Below, one piece after another: positions 1 to 8,822 of a stretch of 64,000 nucleotides of DNA. The notes below the pieces were generated by a model that saw only the letters and a list, made by a program, of their open reading frames with translations, searched no databases and was not told the DNA's origin. Both the position numbers and the translations under genes were made by a program. This stretch comes from a candidate division WWE3 bacterium CSP1-7 (lineage in GTDB: Bacteria > Patescibacteriota > WWE3 > 9FT-COMBO-53-11), in assembly GCA_001443395.1 (NCBI GenBank), contig LDXK01000001.1:153682-217681 (forward strand), written 5' to 3'. Positions within the stretch are counted from its first letter, which is position 1. Each line of letters starts with the position of its first letter.

Positions 1-1
1 A

Positions 2-379
2 GCCACCGGTCTGGATGCCAGCATTTATGCCGACAACGTTCGCTCGGCAACCACTTTCATTGCCCCGGACGGCAAAAGCCGTTTTACTGGAATCAAGGAA
101 GAGAACGAGACCGTCAAAGAGAGGGTTCTGGCTCAAGGGCAGACCTTTGAGGGATCGGTTGACATTTTGAGTGTCCCCTACTTCGCAGTTTTCTCTCCGC
201 TCAAATCCTTCGACAACAACGTCGTCGGAATGCTTTTCGTCGGCCGGCCACAGACTTCGATTCTCCAAACCGCGGCCCGCTCGATCGAACTCACTTTTTC
301 AATTTCGGCGATCCTTCTGGTTCTATCGGGGTTGCCCGCCTACTTGATCTCGAAATATATTGCCGGTCAAACGGTCTGA
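2..379 (+). CDS. Extracytoplasmic sensor (Cache-like) domain protein, C-terminal fragment ending in a TM helix; the 5' end lies outside the window
   Basis: Frame 2 is open from the window edge (ATGLDASIYADNVRSATTFIAPDGKSRF...VVGMLFVGRP). It ends with a hydrophobic helix (ISAILLVLSGLPAYLI) and then a stop. No kinase or HAMP part follows. Confidence 0.45.
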   Translation, partial: ATGLDASIYADNVRSATTFIAPDGKSRFTGIKEENETVKERVLAQGQTFEGSVDILSVPYFAVFSPLKSFDNNVVGMLFVGRPQTSILQTAARSIELTFSISAILLVLSGLPAYLISKYIAGQTV

Positions 380-431
380 TCCAAAAAGACCAACTTGCCA
401 AAAGAGAAATTTAGGTTGTATGCTGAGACAG

Positions 432-839
432 ATGGCTAAAATTCTGATCGTCGAAGACGATCCGTTGATTGCGCGACTCTATCAAAAAGCCTTCGCTTTC
501 GAGGGATACGATGTCGAGGTCGCTCATGATGGTGAGGAAGGGCTAAAGAAAACTGCGGAGGATAAGCCCGTCCTCATTCTTTTGGACATTATGATGCCCA
601 AAATGCACGGGTTTGAGGTGATGGACCGGCTCAAGGCCAACGAAGAAACCAAGAAAATTCCCGTGGTTGTCCTAACTAACTTGGCTAGCCCGCGAGATGC
701 TGAAACTGCCCTCTCCAAAGGAGCGGTCAAATACATCGTCAAAAGCGAGTACCAACCGAAACAGATTGTGGAGATGGTGAAGGAGATTTTAGCCGGATAC
801 ACCAGAGAAGAGATTCCGGCGACGGCCGGGGTAAAATAA
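432..839 (+). CDS. Single-domain response regulator (CheY-like receiver)
   Basis: MAKILIVEDDP...LLDIMMPKMHGFEV...PVVVLTNL...KGAVKYIVK has receiver-domain D/D/K signatures. The ATG at 432 was chosen inside ORF 360..839. Confidence 0.85.
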   Translation: MAKILIVEDDPLIARLYQKAFAFEGYDVEVAHDGEEGLKKTAEDKPVLILLDIMMPKMHGFEVMDRLKANEETKKIPVVVLTNLASPRDAETALSKGAVKYIVKSEYQPKQIVEMVKEILAGYTREEIPATAGVK

Positions 840-845
840 ACTCTT

Positions 846-1238
846 TCAGCCCAGCTGCGAAACAACTCGCTTGACTATTTCCGGCAACTCCAGATCGGTT
901 TTGATCAAGTAGTCCACCGCCCCCAATTTTCGAGCTTTTTCTTGAGCCTCCTTCTCGTTAATGATGGTAAGGATAATCACCCGGATGTTCTTGGTCGTCG
1001 CATCCTTTTTCAGAGCTTCTAAGACTTCATAGCCGCTCATCCCAGGCATCAGGAGATCGAGGAGAATGGCACTCGGTTTTCCTTGCCGCGCCAGAGCCAA
1101 CCCGCTTTCCCCGTCATGGGCGATCTCGACTTCCAATCCAGCCTTTTCAAAGGCACTCTGATAGAGCCCGCTCAAAAGCGGATTGTCTTCGATCAGGATA
1201 AGGATCCTTTTTTTCTTCTTTTCCACTTTGGCAACCAT
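846..1238 (-). CDS. Single-domain response regulator (receiver)
   Basis: ILILIEDNP...LLDLLMPGMSGYEVL...VIILT...LGAVDYLIK. Its start overlaps the stop of the upstream kinase by 1 nt. Confidence 0.85.
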   Translation of the reverse strand: MVAKVEKKKKRILILIEDNPLLSGLYQSAFEKAGLEVEIAHDGESGLALARQGKPSAILLDLLMPGMSGYEVLEALKKDATTKNIRVIILTIINEKEAQEKARKLGAVDYLIKTDLELPEIVKRVVSQLG

Positions 1239-3439
1239 TACTTTGGTAGTTTATCCTTTTTGGACTTTCCTTGAGCGAGAGGTAAAGAGAAGGTGAAGGT
1301 CGACCCTTCCCCTTTCACCGAACTGAACCTGATTTTCCCGCCCATTTTCTCGACAAGCATTCGAGTGATGAAAAGTCCCAAACCGGTTCCCAAAACATCT
1401 TGAGTTTCCTTCGCCCCAACCCGGAAGAATTTTTGGAAAATTTTCTTTTGGACTTCTTCCGGAATCCCGTACCCGGTGTCACGGACCTCCACAATCAGCG
1501 AATCCTCACCGGGTTGACGAAAGGCAGAAATACTAACGGTTCCCTTATCCCGGTTATATTTGATCGCGTTGGTAACCAAATTCATCAAAACCTCTTTGAG
1601 CTTTCCCGGGTCACAGAGGATCTGCGGAGCAACGGTAATATCAGCCGAGAGCTTAATCCCCCTCTCCCGAGCCATTGGAAGAACCTCATTGGCAACCTCG
1701 GCGAGGATTGGAGAAAAATCGTGAGGCTCGGTCTTAGTAACTAGATTTCCGGCCTCCTCGCGGGAAATCTCCAGAAGGTCGTTGATCAGCTGTTTGAGAT
1801 GATCGTTGGCCTGAGACATAAAATCCAGATTCTCTCGAATGTCCCTGGGAAATTTCTCCTTTGCCTCCGAAACCAGACTGAGAAACCCGCCAATGGCTGT
1901 CGCGGGGGTGCGCAACTCGTGGGTGGCGATAAAGAAGAACTCATCTTTAAGACGGGCCACATCTCGGGCCTTCTCCAGCTCTTGTTTTTGAACCTCCCTC
2001 AAGGACCTGGTCCTCTCTCTCACCTTCTCATCCAGAGAGGTGTAGAGTTTCGCGTTCTCCAAGGCAACCCCGGACTCGTGGGAAACGGCTTCCAAAAGGC
2101 TGGTGTCACGAGTGGTGTAGGGATCACCGGAGCCCTTTTCCCCAAGACAAAGGAACGCTTCTATCTTCCCACGCACGCGGATGGGGGAGCAAATGGCAAG
2201 CCCGCTGCGTTTGAGGTTTTCGATCTGCTCCACGGAGGGAGTTCTCTCGGCCATTTCCTCCGTAAGGAGAGGTCCGTCGCTTTTTTCCATCAGTTGGATG
2301 AGAACATGATCGCGCGGAAAAGTTAAGATCTCACGGTCGGAAAGAGTTTGAGCGTAGATAGGGACGAAAATATTCCTCTTTTCGTCCCACAGGAGGAAAG
2401 CGGCTTTTTTGGTTTTGAAAATTTCCGCGATGGTCCTAGTTAATTTGGTCCCAAAATCTCCGACCGAAGTCGCTCGGTTTAAGACCCCGGTAATTTTTCT
2501 TAATGTTTCTACGTAAAGGTAGGTTCCACGGAAGAAAAATCGTTCCGTAACTCGCTGAAAAATCCGGACAGCCTGAATTCCGGCCAAAAACATAACAATC
2601 ACGGTTGCGGCAACGACAAAAGGAGTTAAAGAATTGACTCTCTCAGGTGCAGCCAACTCCACTATTCGAAGGATAAAGAAGTACATTGACGGACCGGTGG
2701 CGGCGATGAGCAACATCGCAATCCCACTCTGGAGGGCGATGCGGATATCAAAAAGTCTATACCTGAGAATCGCGTATGTAACCGGAATCGTCATCAGGAT
2801 TTGGAAAGAAGAAGTTAGGGAGCGAAATCTGAAAATCTCAAATTGCGGGAGCACTACAGAAACAAAAATCCCGCTTAACGTAAATAACCCCAGTCCGATC
2901 CCCAGATATTGGAGCTGCAGTTTATCGAGACCTTTAGACTTTCGGTAAAAACTGGCGATTTTTACCAATCCCCACAGAGCCAAAGTTATAGTAAAAGCCT
3001 GCATCAACTGATAAAGAGGACCTCGCACCGGCCCAACGCCCCCACCGGAAAATTCCACACCCTCCACCGACAATGAACTCAAGGCTAATATTGTGTTTAG
3101 GACCAATAGAACGAGCAATCCGAGAAATAGTTTCTTATTCAACGAGACTCGATATTTTTCCTTCAACGAGTAAGCGAAAAGAAACAACGAACCTGATGTG
3201 AGGGCCGCGGTCGCGTTTATCATTCTCCCCCAGAAAAGAGACGGGCTTAAGGAGAGCATCAAAATAGCAAATGATATTCCTGAAGAGAAAACTACAAACA
3301 ATCCAAAGAAAATTCGGTCCAATTTTCTTCCGCTTCTCACGAGAATGTAAACACCGATAATAATATTGAGGATGAGAATTCCAATGTTAAGTGAAGAAGC
3401 AGCAGACATGTAATTGCATTGTATAAAAAAGGACAGCAA
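1238..3439 (-). CDS. Sensor histidine kinase (multi-TM N-terminus, GAF-like region, HisKA and HATPase_c)
   Basis: H-box FFFIATHELRTPATAI; N/G boxes NLVTNAIKYN and DTGYGIPEE...GTGLGLFI. About 7 N-terminal hydrophobic helices. An alternative start lies at 3409. Confidence 0.85.
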   Translation of the reverse strand: MLSFFIQCNYMSAASSLNIGILILNIIIGVYILVRSGRKLDRIFFGLFVVFSSGISFAILMLSLSPSLFWGRMINATAALTSGSLFLFAYSLKEKYRVSLNKKLFLGLLVLLVLNTILALSSLSVEGVEFSGGGVGPVRGPLYQLMQAFTITLALWGLVKIASFYRKSKGLDKLQLQYLGIGLGLFTLSGIFVSVVLPQFEIFRFRSLTSSFQILMTIPVTYAILRYRLFDIRIALQSGIAMLLIAATGPSMYFFILRIVELAAPERVNSLTPFVVAATVIVMFLAGIQAVRIFQRVTERFFFRGTYLYVETLRKITGVLNRATSVGDFGTKLTRTIAEIFKTKKAAFLLWDEKRNIFVPIYAQTLSDREILTFPRDHVLIQLMEKSDGPLLTEEMAERTPSVEQIENLKRSGLAICSPIRVRGKIEAFLCLGEKGSGDPYTTRDTSLLEAVSHESGVALENAKLYTSLDEKVRERTRSLREVQKQELEKARDVARLKDEFFFIATHELRTPATAIGGFLSLVSEAKEKFPRDIRENLDFMSQANDHLKQLINDLLEISREEAGNLVTKTEPHDFSPILAEVANEVLPMARERGIKLSADITVAPQILCDPGKLKEVLMNLVTNAIKYNRDKGTVSISAFRQPGEDSLIVEVRDTGYGIPEEVQKKIFQKFFRVGAKETQDVLGTGLGLFITRMLVEKMGGKIRFSSVKGEGSTFTFSLPLAQGKSKKDKLPK

Positions 3440-3475
3440 GAAATACAGGATATTTCTTGCTGTCAGACGAAAAAC

Positions 3476-4966
3476 TCAGGTCTTCTTCCTTATCAACTTC
3501 TTCAGCACTCCTTCGGGCCAGTCTTTCTCTTCGACAAGCACTAGACTGAGGTGTTGAGCAAGATCCCCAGGAGCAGAGACAACTACATTGAATTCAAGGT
3601 TCAGCACCCTTAACTCCTCGATAAACCCCCGCCTAAACTGCTCTTCCTCACTCTCACCTAGGCGAGTTCCTGACTTGAGACTCACCAAGGTCGGTTCGAG
3701 CTTCATGTTGCTCGGCGCACAGAAGAACTCCCCGAGCCGCTGGCCATAGACATTTTGAATTCTGGGGCTGTTGAGAACATTTCGAACCTGCTCGTGGTAG
3801 ACATTCGCCCCACAGAAAGTACCCATGTCCCCTCGCCCGTAGAGAAGCAGAATCGGCATAGGAGCGGGAGGCGGTGCACCCCTCCGCGACAGAATCATGG
3901 GAAGATCCTGCCCAACTCCCCTAAGTCGGCGTAATGCTTCTCCATAATCCAGGACAATTCCCAGATCTCCGATCGCATACCTTATGAGGTAGGGCGGTTT
4001 TGTGATCAAGAGATTCCCCTCTTCTACACCCTCGACCAGGATAGAAGGCGGAACCTGGTAGATGCCGGGATCGGCGGCGAAACCCTGACCACCAAACCAG
4101 GAACCTTCTTGAAGGTGAGGGTAGATAGCCCGAGCGATATCCCGATCCGTGTGAGCGAGTCTCCGCATGAGAAGAGTCAGTTCGGTTTCCATGGCCGTAA
4201 CTCCCGCTTCCCCGGAGCTGTACATGTTCATGACTCGGCCATGATAGGTCGCTTCAACCTTTTGCCGCCACTCTTCGTCGATTGCTTCCCCGCCCACCCA
4301 AACATGGATGGCCTTGGGAAGAACGTATTTACTCTGCGTGAGAGTATTCAGGAGAATGTCGACGAAGCCAGGCATACCTGCAAGAATCCACGCCTCGTAC
4401 TCGCCCTCCAGCGCTTTAAGGGACTTGAGACACTCTTCCAAGTTGTATCCCGGGTAGATAGGTTCAACGGGAAGATCGGGGGAAATCTCCAAGGCTTTGG
4501 TGAAAAGCTTCACCATGAAGATCCCTGCAGGGGTAATCCCCAAGTAAGCCGTGGTGACGAGCAGGGTAGGGCCCTTCAAATCAAAGAACTCTTTGAGAGG
4601 AGGGATGATCATCGGGGCGGTTTTTCCTACCCCCCCCCGGGGCAAACCGGTGGTCTTGGGGGTCCCTCCGGTTGAACCACTGCTGAAGACGATCGATTCC
4701 GGACTTTCTCCCTTGCGCATACGATCGCGTAGACGGTAATCTCTGATGTAGCTTGGAGTAATTGGAGGAACGAACTGCCGAAAGTCTTCAATACTTCGAA
4801 CAGAATCAGGGTCGATTCCGTGTCGGCGCAGGAAATCCTGGTAGGCCGAGCTTTTCCGAGCCAGTTCATGAAAGGCTTTAAGCGCGTTTCTCTCCGCAAC
4901 TCGCTGGAGAATCTTAACCTGCAAATTCTCCGGCAACATTCCCAAAACCATGTCTCGCAATGCCAT
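3476..4966 (-). CDS. Adenylate-forming enzyme, PaaK / coenzyme F390 synthetase-like family
   Basis: P-loop-like FSSGSTGGTPKT motif, about 500 aa, and overall resemblance to phenylacetate-CoA ligase-like proteins. The substrate cannot be inferred. Confidence 0.55.
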   Translation of the reverse strand: MALRDMVLGMLPENLQVKILQRVAERNALKAFHELARKSSAYQDFLRRHGIDPDSVRSIEDFRQFVPPITPSYIRDYRLRDRMRKGESPESIVFSSGSTGGTPKTTGLPRGGVGKTAPMIIPPLKEFFDLKGPTLLVTTAYLGITPAGIFMVKLFTKALEISPDLPVEPIYPGYNLEECLKSLKALEGEYEAWILAGMPGFVDILLNTLTQSKYVLPKAIHVWVGGEAIDEEWRQKVEATYHGRVMNMYSSGEAGVTAMETELTLLMRRLAHTDRDIARAIYPHLQEGSWFGGQGFAADPGIYQVPPSILVEGVEEGNLLITKPPYLIRYAIGDLGIVLDYGEALRRLRGVGQDLPMILSRRGAPPPAPMPILLLYGRGDMGTFCGANVYHEQVRNVLNSPRIQNVYGQRLGEFFCAPSNMKLEPTLVSLKSGTRLGESEEEQFRRGFIEELRVLNLEFNVVVSAPGDLAQHLSLVLVEEKDWPEGVLKKLIRKKT

Positions 4967-5075
4967 TTGAACTCTCCTCCTCTATTCGTTTGTTCGTTTG
5001 TGACTTAAATTATACAGGGCGGAAAAAACTACTTATGAATTTGACGCTGGATAATCCGGGATTGGAAAGATACGG

Positions 5076-5567
5076 CTAACCAGATTTCAACTCCTTGATC
5101 TTTTCGATCCGCTTCTCGGAATCCCCTTCTTTCTCCTCCGGCGCGCCGGAAACTTTCGAGCCGACTCCCGAAAACGCGCCCTTCACGATATAGAGAAGAA
5201 TCGCCGGCACGGCCGCCATTCCGGCGTAGGCGACGGAGAGGGTGTACTGGACCGGAACCAGCTTCACTCCAACCGCCAGCTGCTGGATCGCGTAAAGCTG
5301 GGCGAGCACCGCCGCTGCGAAAAGGAGCGTCGCTTTGAGAAAATACTGCTTCTCAATCAGCGAAGCGATCAGGAGCGTGAAGATTAGGAATCCCAGCGCC
5401 CGGACCCCGATCGCCACCGCCGTCAGTGGGTAGACCGAAAGATAAGACGGCGAGAGAAAAACGAGCTGGTTGGCGAGCTGCAGCTGCACCGGACCAGCAA
5501 AAGATTCCAGCACCGAAGAAAGGATCAAAAGCGCAATGGCGGCAACGACCCAATATTCCTTATTCAT
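5076..5567 (-). CDS. Integral membrane protein, unknown function
   Basis: 163 aa with about 4-5 hydrophobic helices and an acidic/lysine C-terminal tail. The overlapping ORF 5353..5553 is treated as a shadow. Confidence 0.55.
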   Translation of the reverse strand: MNKEYWVVAAIALLILSSVLESFAGPVQLQLANQLVFLSPSYLSVYPLTAVAIGVRALGFLIFTLLIASLIEKQYFLKATLLFAAAVLAQLYAIQQLAVGVKLVPVQYTLSVAYAGMAAVPAILLYIVKGAFSGVGSKVSGAPEEKEGDSEKRIEKIKELKSG

Positions 5568-5639
5568 TTTCGAGGAAATTATAGCGAAAATGAAGAGGAG
5601 AGGCTTTCTTATTTCTTGTTACACTCTTAATTAGGTTGC

Positions 5640-5658
5640 GTTGATTAGTCTAATCAAC
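5640..5658. promoter_or_regulatory. Perfect 9+1+9 palindrome GTTGATTAG-T-CTAATCAAC, 22 nt upstream of tatA
   Basis: Read directly from the sequence. It is a candidate operator or stem-loop between the membrane-protein gene and tatA. Confidence 0.4.
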
Positions 5659-5679
5659 CAACAAAGGTGGTGATATAAA

Positions 5680-5841
5680 TTGCTCCGAAACATAGGAACG
5701 CCAGAAATAATTCTGCTTTCCGTAGTTTTACTCCTGCTCTTTGGGTCAAGGAAGATCCCCGAGTTCGCTCGAGGCCTGGGACAATCCGTTAGAGAGATTC
5801 GTCGCAGCTTCCGCGGTACCAAAAAAGAGGAGCAAGCTTAG
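5680..5841 (+). CDS. tatA: Twin-arginine translocase subunit TatA/E (53 aa, TTG start)
   Basis: Absent from the ORF track because it is under 60 aa. Translation is LLRNIGTPEIILLSVVLLLLFGSRKIPEFARGLGQSVREIRRSFRGTKKEEQA, with the TatA hallmark TM-FG-x-K-x-P-amphipathic helix. An AAAGGTGGTGA SD lies 6 nt upstream. Confidence 0.8.
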   Translation: MLRNIGTPEIILLSVVLLLLFGSRKIPEFARGLGQSVREIRRSFRGTKKEEQA

Positions 5842-5865
5842 CTTGAAACTTGGAATCCGAAACAG

Positions 5866-7218
5866 ATGAGACATGAAACCCTGATCTCCATTGTGGGGGC
5901 TGTCCTAGTCGGCCTGGTTTTTCTGTTCCCCTCCCCGGCCAGAGCCGACGAGGTTGAGTCCCGCCGCTGCAAGACCGGGGACACCGCCTGCACCATCGGT
6001 GAATTCCTGTACGACGACAACTACGTGCCGGTTCCCCCGGCCAACGCCTCCTGCACCCTGTCCATCGTCGATCCCGCTAGTACTCCTCTAGGCGGGTCGC
6101 CGTTCGCGATGAGCGAGGCCGCCGACGGCTGGTACTTCTACAACTTCGACACCACCGCTCAGGCCGACGGGCTCTACCGCTCGAATATGTGCTGCACCGT
6201 CACCGTCCCCACCAGCCAGACCCTTTGCCTGGACAAGAGCTTCACGGTCGGGGCCTCGTTCAACTCGCTGGCCGATATCGCCATCGCCGTCTGGGGCGGC
6301 ACCAGCCGTACCCTGACCGACTTCGGCACCCTCGTCACCGACATCTGGAACAACCTCACCCGCAGTTTGACCACTCGGAACATTGGCCTCGGCGAAAATA
6401 TCGCCCGCGAGGAGGAACACTGGACGACTCGCTTCGCGGGAGACGGCGAGGTCCTCGCCGGCCAGACCTACCGAGCTACCATCTGGATTTTGAATTTCGA
6501 AACCGAGCTATCCGCCCCCGCCGTCGCGCCGACCTACACCATCTACGACTCCATGCTCAATCCAGTCAGCAGCGGAACAATGACGCTCGGCGACACCGCC
6601 GGTGTTTACAACCTCTCCTATGCCGTTTCCGGCTCCGCCACCGGCGGGCGCTGGAAAACAATCGTGAACGTGGACGTCGACGGAGGGGGCAATGATATTC
6701 AGGACGGGAGCTACTGGGAGGTAGAGAGCTCGCCGGCCCAGGTGACTATCAACGCCATCACCGACAACACGATTCCTTCCATCACCGCCAACGTCACCAT
6801 CAAAAACGAGGGCGGGAGCGGCTACGAGTACAAGTACTCCTACTGCGTGGTTAGCACCGAGAACAATCCCTGCGGCGGCGGGAACGATGTTTTCTACAAC
6901 TCGGGATCCAAGTACCTCAACGCCGGCGAGAGCTGGATCAAAAACTTCAACGCCACCGTCCCCGACCCCGGCACCTACTGGTTTAAGGTGGTCGTGCAGT
7001 GGGGAACGGAAAAATCGGGCGCGACCCAGATCTTCACCACCGGTTCGGTCGCCTGCCTGGGCGACTACAACCTCGACGGCTGGGTAAACCTAACCGATTT
7101 TTCAATCATGCTGTTCTACTGGAACCAGTACAATCCGGCCCACGATCTTTCGGGCGACGGTTATGTCAACCTAACCGACTTCTCCATCCTGCTGTTCCAC
7201 TGGGGCAAGTGCCCTTGA
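5866..7218 (+). CDS. Secreted protein with a C-terminal type-I dockerin module
   Basis: Sec-type signal (LVGLVFLFPSPARA). The C-terminus has duplicated Ca-binding repeats, DYNLDGWVNLTDFSIMLFYW and DLSGDGYVNLTDFSILLFHW. Confidence 0.8.
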   Translation: MRHETLISIVGAVLVGLVFLFPSPARADEVESRRCKTGDTACTIGEFLYDDNYVPVPPANASCTLSIVDPASTPLGGSPFAMSEAADGWYFYNFDTTAQADGLYRSNMCCTVTVPTSQTLCLDKSFTVGASFNSLADIAIAVWGGTSRTLTDFGTLVTDIWNNLTRSLTTRNIGLGENIAREEEHWTTRFAGDGEVLAGQTYRATIWILNFETELSAPAVAPTYTIYDSMLNPVSSGTMTLGDTAGVYNLSYAVSGSATGGRWKTIVNVDVDGGGNDIQDGSYWEVESSPAQVTINAITDNTIPSITANVTIKNEGGSGYEYKYSYCVVSTENNPCGGGNDVFYNSGSKYLNAGESWIKNFNATVPDPGTYWFKVVVQWGTEKSGATQIFTTGSVACLGDYNLDGWVNLTDFSIMLFYWNQYNPAHDLSGDGYVNLTDFSILLFHWGKCP

Positions 7219-7227
7219 GGCGGGCAC

Positions 7228-7255
7228 AGTGAATAGTGAATAGTGAATAGAGAAT
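7228..7255. repeat. Tandem heptamer (AGTGAAT)x3 + AGAGAAT
   Basis: Read directly from the sequence, in the 40-nt spacer between the dockerin and cohesin genes. It supplies TGA/TAG stops in more than one frame. Confidence 0.7.
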
Positions 7256-7273
7256 GGTTTGGGAACAAGAAAC

Positions 7274-8746
7274 ATGGAAAAAACCAGGAAACTAATTAAC
7301 CGATTAACTAATAAACTGGTGCTGTTTGCACTCACTATCCTATTCCTACTCCTACTAATTACTTCTACCCTCTTCGCCGCGGGCGCAAAGCTCTTCCTCT
7401 CTCCGGAAACGGGAACCCAGTACGTCGGGTCCTATCTCTCGGTGGATGTGCTGGTGAACACCGGCGGTAACCCGACCAACGCCTACCGGGCGGTCGTCAC
7501 CTACCCCGCCGCCAAGCTGGAAGCGGTCGCGGTTTCGACCGGCGGTTCCGTCTGCTCACTCTGGATCCCACCGACGCCACGGTACTCCAACGACAGCGGC
7601 ACGGCCACTTTTGAGTGCGGGGCGACAAAGGCCTACAAGGGAACTTCCGGGCGGATCGGCCGGATCGATTTCCTCGTCAAGGCGGCGGGAAAGGCGGCGG
7701 TCAGCATCTCGGCCGGCGAGGTCAAAAAGGCCGACGGCATCGGCACGGAGCTCTTGAGTTCCCGGGGCGCCGCCTCCTTTGATCTGCAGGAAACACCGGT
7801 GGGAGTACCGGTGATTTCCTCTTCCACCCACCCGAACCAGAACGCCTGGTACCGGGAAAAATCGGTCGAACTGGCTTGGACGGCGACCGAGGAAGCGGAT
7901 GGATTTTCCTATTCCCTCAACCAAAAAGCCGGCGATACTCCCGACGACATCTCGGAAGGGCCGGCGGCCACCAAAACCTACCAGAACGACGACGGCATCT
8001 GGTATTTCCATCTCAAAGCCCGGCAGACGAGCGGCTGGAGTTTCACCGGCCATTTCCGGATCCAGATCGACAACGCCCCTCCGGAGCCCTTCACGATCGT
8101 GGTTGATCCGCCCACGGAGAAAATCACCCGCGCTCCCCTTCTCTCATTTGCCACCACGGATAAGCTCTCGGGGATCGACCACTACGAGATTGCCATTGAC
8201 GGGGCGGCTCCGCTGACCACGGCTAGCCCCTACCAGTTCGACCGGATCAAGGGCGGGATCCATCCCATCACCGTCCAGGCGATCGACCGGGCCGGCAACA
8301 GCCGGGAGGCCAAGGCCACGCTGGATGTGATCGGCGTTTCTTCCCCGACGATTACCAGCCCGACGGAAGGGGAAAAGATTCCTTTCCTCTCGCCCTTGAC
8401 GACAAGAGGCACTTCCTCCCAACCGGGAACGGTTGAGCTCGCTCTCGACGGCCGGCTCATCGCCGAAGTGAACAGCGGTACCGGAGATTTTGAACACAGC
8501 TACAGAAAGATAATCCTCCCCGGCAACCGCAAGCTGGAGGCAACTCTAATCACGGCGGAAGGAATCGAGAGCGAGCCGGCGACAGTCACTTTTCAGGTGG
8601 ACCTTAGCCGGGTCTATCTGCTCGGGTTGGTTCTCCCCGGCTATCCCGTCTACGCCGTCGCTCTGTTGATTTTCGCAGGATTGGCAACTCTCTTCATCCT
8701 GAAGATAAAGCGATGGAGGAGATTGCGAAAGCCGAAACAGATTTGA
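7274..8746 (+). CDS. Cohesin-domain surface protein with Ig-like repeats and a C-terminal TM anchor (paralog 1)
   Basis: The N-terminal TM/signal is followed by a cohesin-like module (LFLSPETGTQYVGSYLSVDVLVNTGGNPTNAY...FECG...GRIDFLVKAAG). Then come THPNQNAWY, DNAPPEPF, SGIDHYEI and AIDRAGN blocks and a C-terminal helix plus KRWRRLRK. An alternative TTG start lies at 7259. Confidence 0.75.
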   Translation: MEKTRKLINRLTNKLVLFALTILFLLLLITSTLFAAGAKLFLSPETGTQYVGSYLSVDVLVNTGGNPTNAYRAVVTYPAAKLEAVAVSTGGSVCSLWIPPTPRYSNDSGTATFECGATKAYKGTSGRIGRIDFLVKAAGKAAVSISAGEVKKADGIGTELLSSRGAASFDLQETPVGVPVISSSTHPNQNAWYREKSVELAWTATEEADGFSYSLNQKAGDTPDDISEGPAATKTYQNDDGIWYFHLKARQTSGWSFTGHFRIQIDNAPPEPFTIVVDPPTEKITRAPLLSFATTDKLSGIDHYEIAIDGAAPLTTASPYQFDRIKGGIHPITVQAIDRAGNSREAKATLDVIGVSSPTITSPTEGEKIPFLSPLTTRGTSSQPGTVELALDGRLIAEVNSGTGDFEHSYRKIILPGNRKLEATLITAEGIESEPATVTFQVDLSRVYLLGLVLPGYPVYAVALLIFAGLATLFILKIKRWRRLRKPKQI

Positions 8747-8822
8747 TATAACCGAGTTGCGGATCCGTTCCAAATCATCCCCTGCCGATCGCACCCTGCC
8801 GTTTGGAGTTTGCAATATAAAA

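Noticed and set aside
6189-6695. Long ORFs antisense to, or out of frame with, called genes. Examples: 6189..6695, 7556..8053, 11149..11910, 14489..15511, 16272..17021, 21806..22588, 23030..23809, 25082..26044, 28055..28642, 32188..33063, 45697..46086, 52868..53674, 53738..54442, 55477..56172, 61274..61969 and 62376..63146.
   Set aside because: Each one fully overlaps a gene with clear family motifs (lepA, murJ, pgk, gap, groEL, rarA and others). Their translations are low-complexity and rich in Arg, Pro and Gly, which is typical of shadow ORFs in GC-rich DNA.
8757-8822. N-terminal extensions in the ORF track: 8757 for the Tat-motif protein, 24097 for pgk, 25972 for gap, 26268 for trx, 26071 for the helicase, 52236, 52362, 52709, 43843 and 32963.
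   Set aside because: The extensions overlap upstream genes or lack homology to the family N-termini. Internal starts restore typical N-termini and give short overlaps or short gaps.
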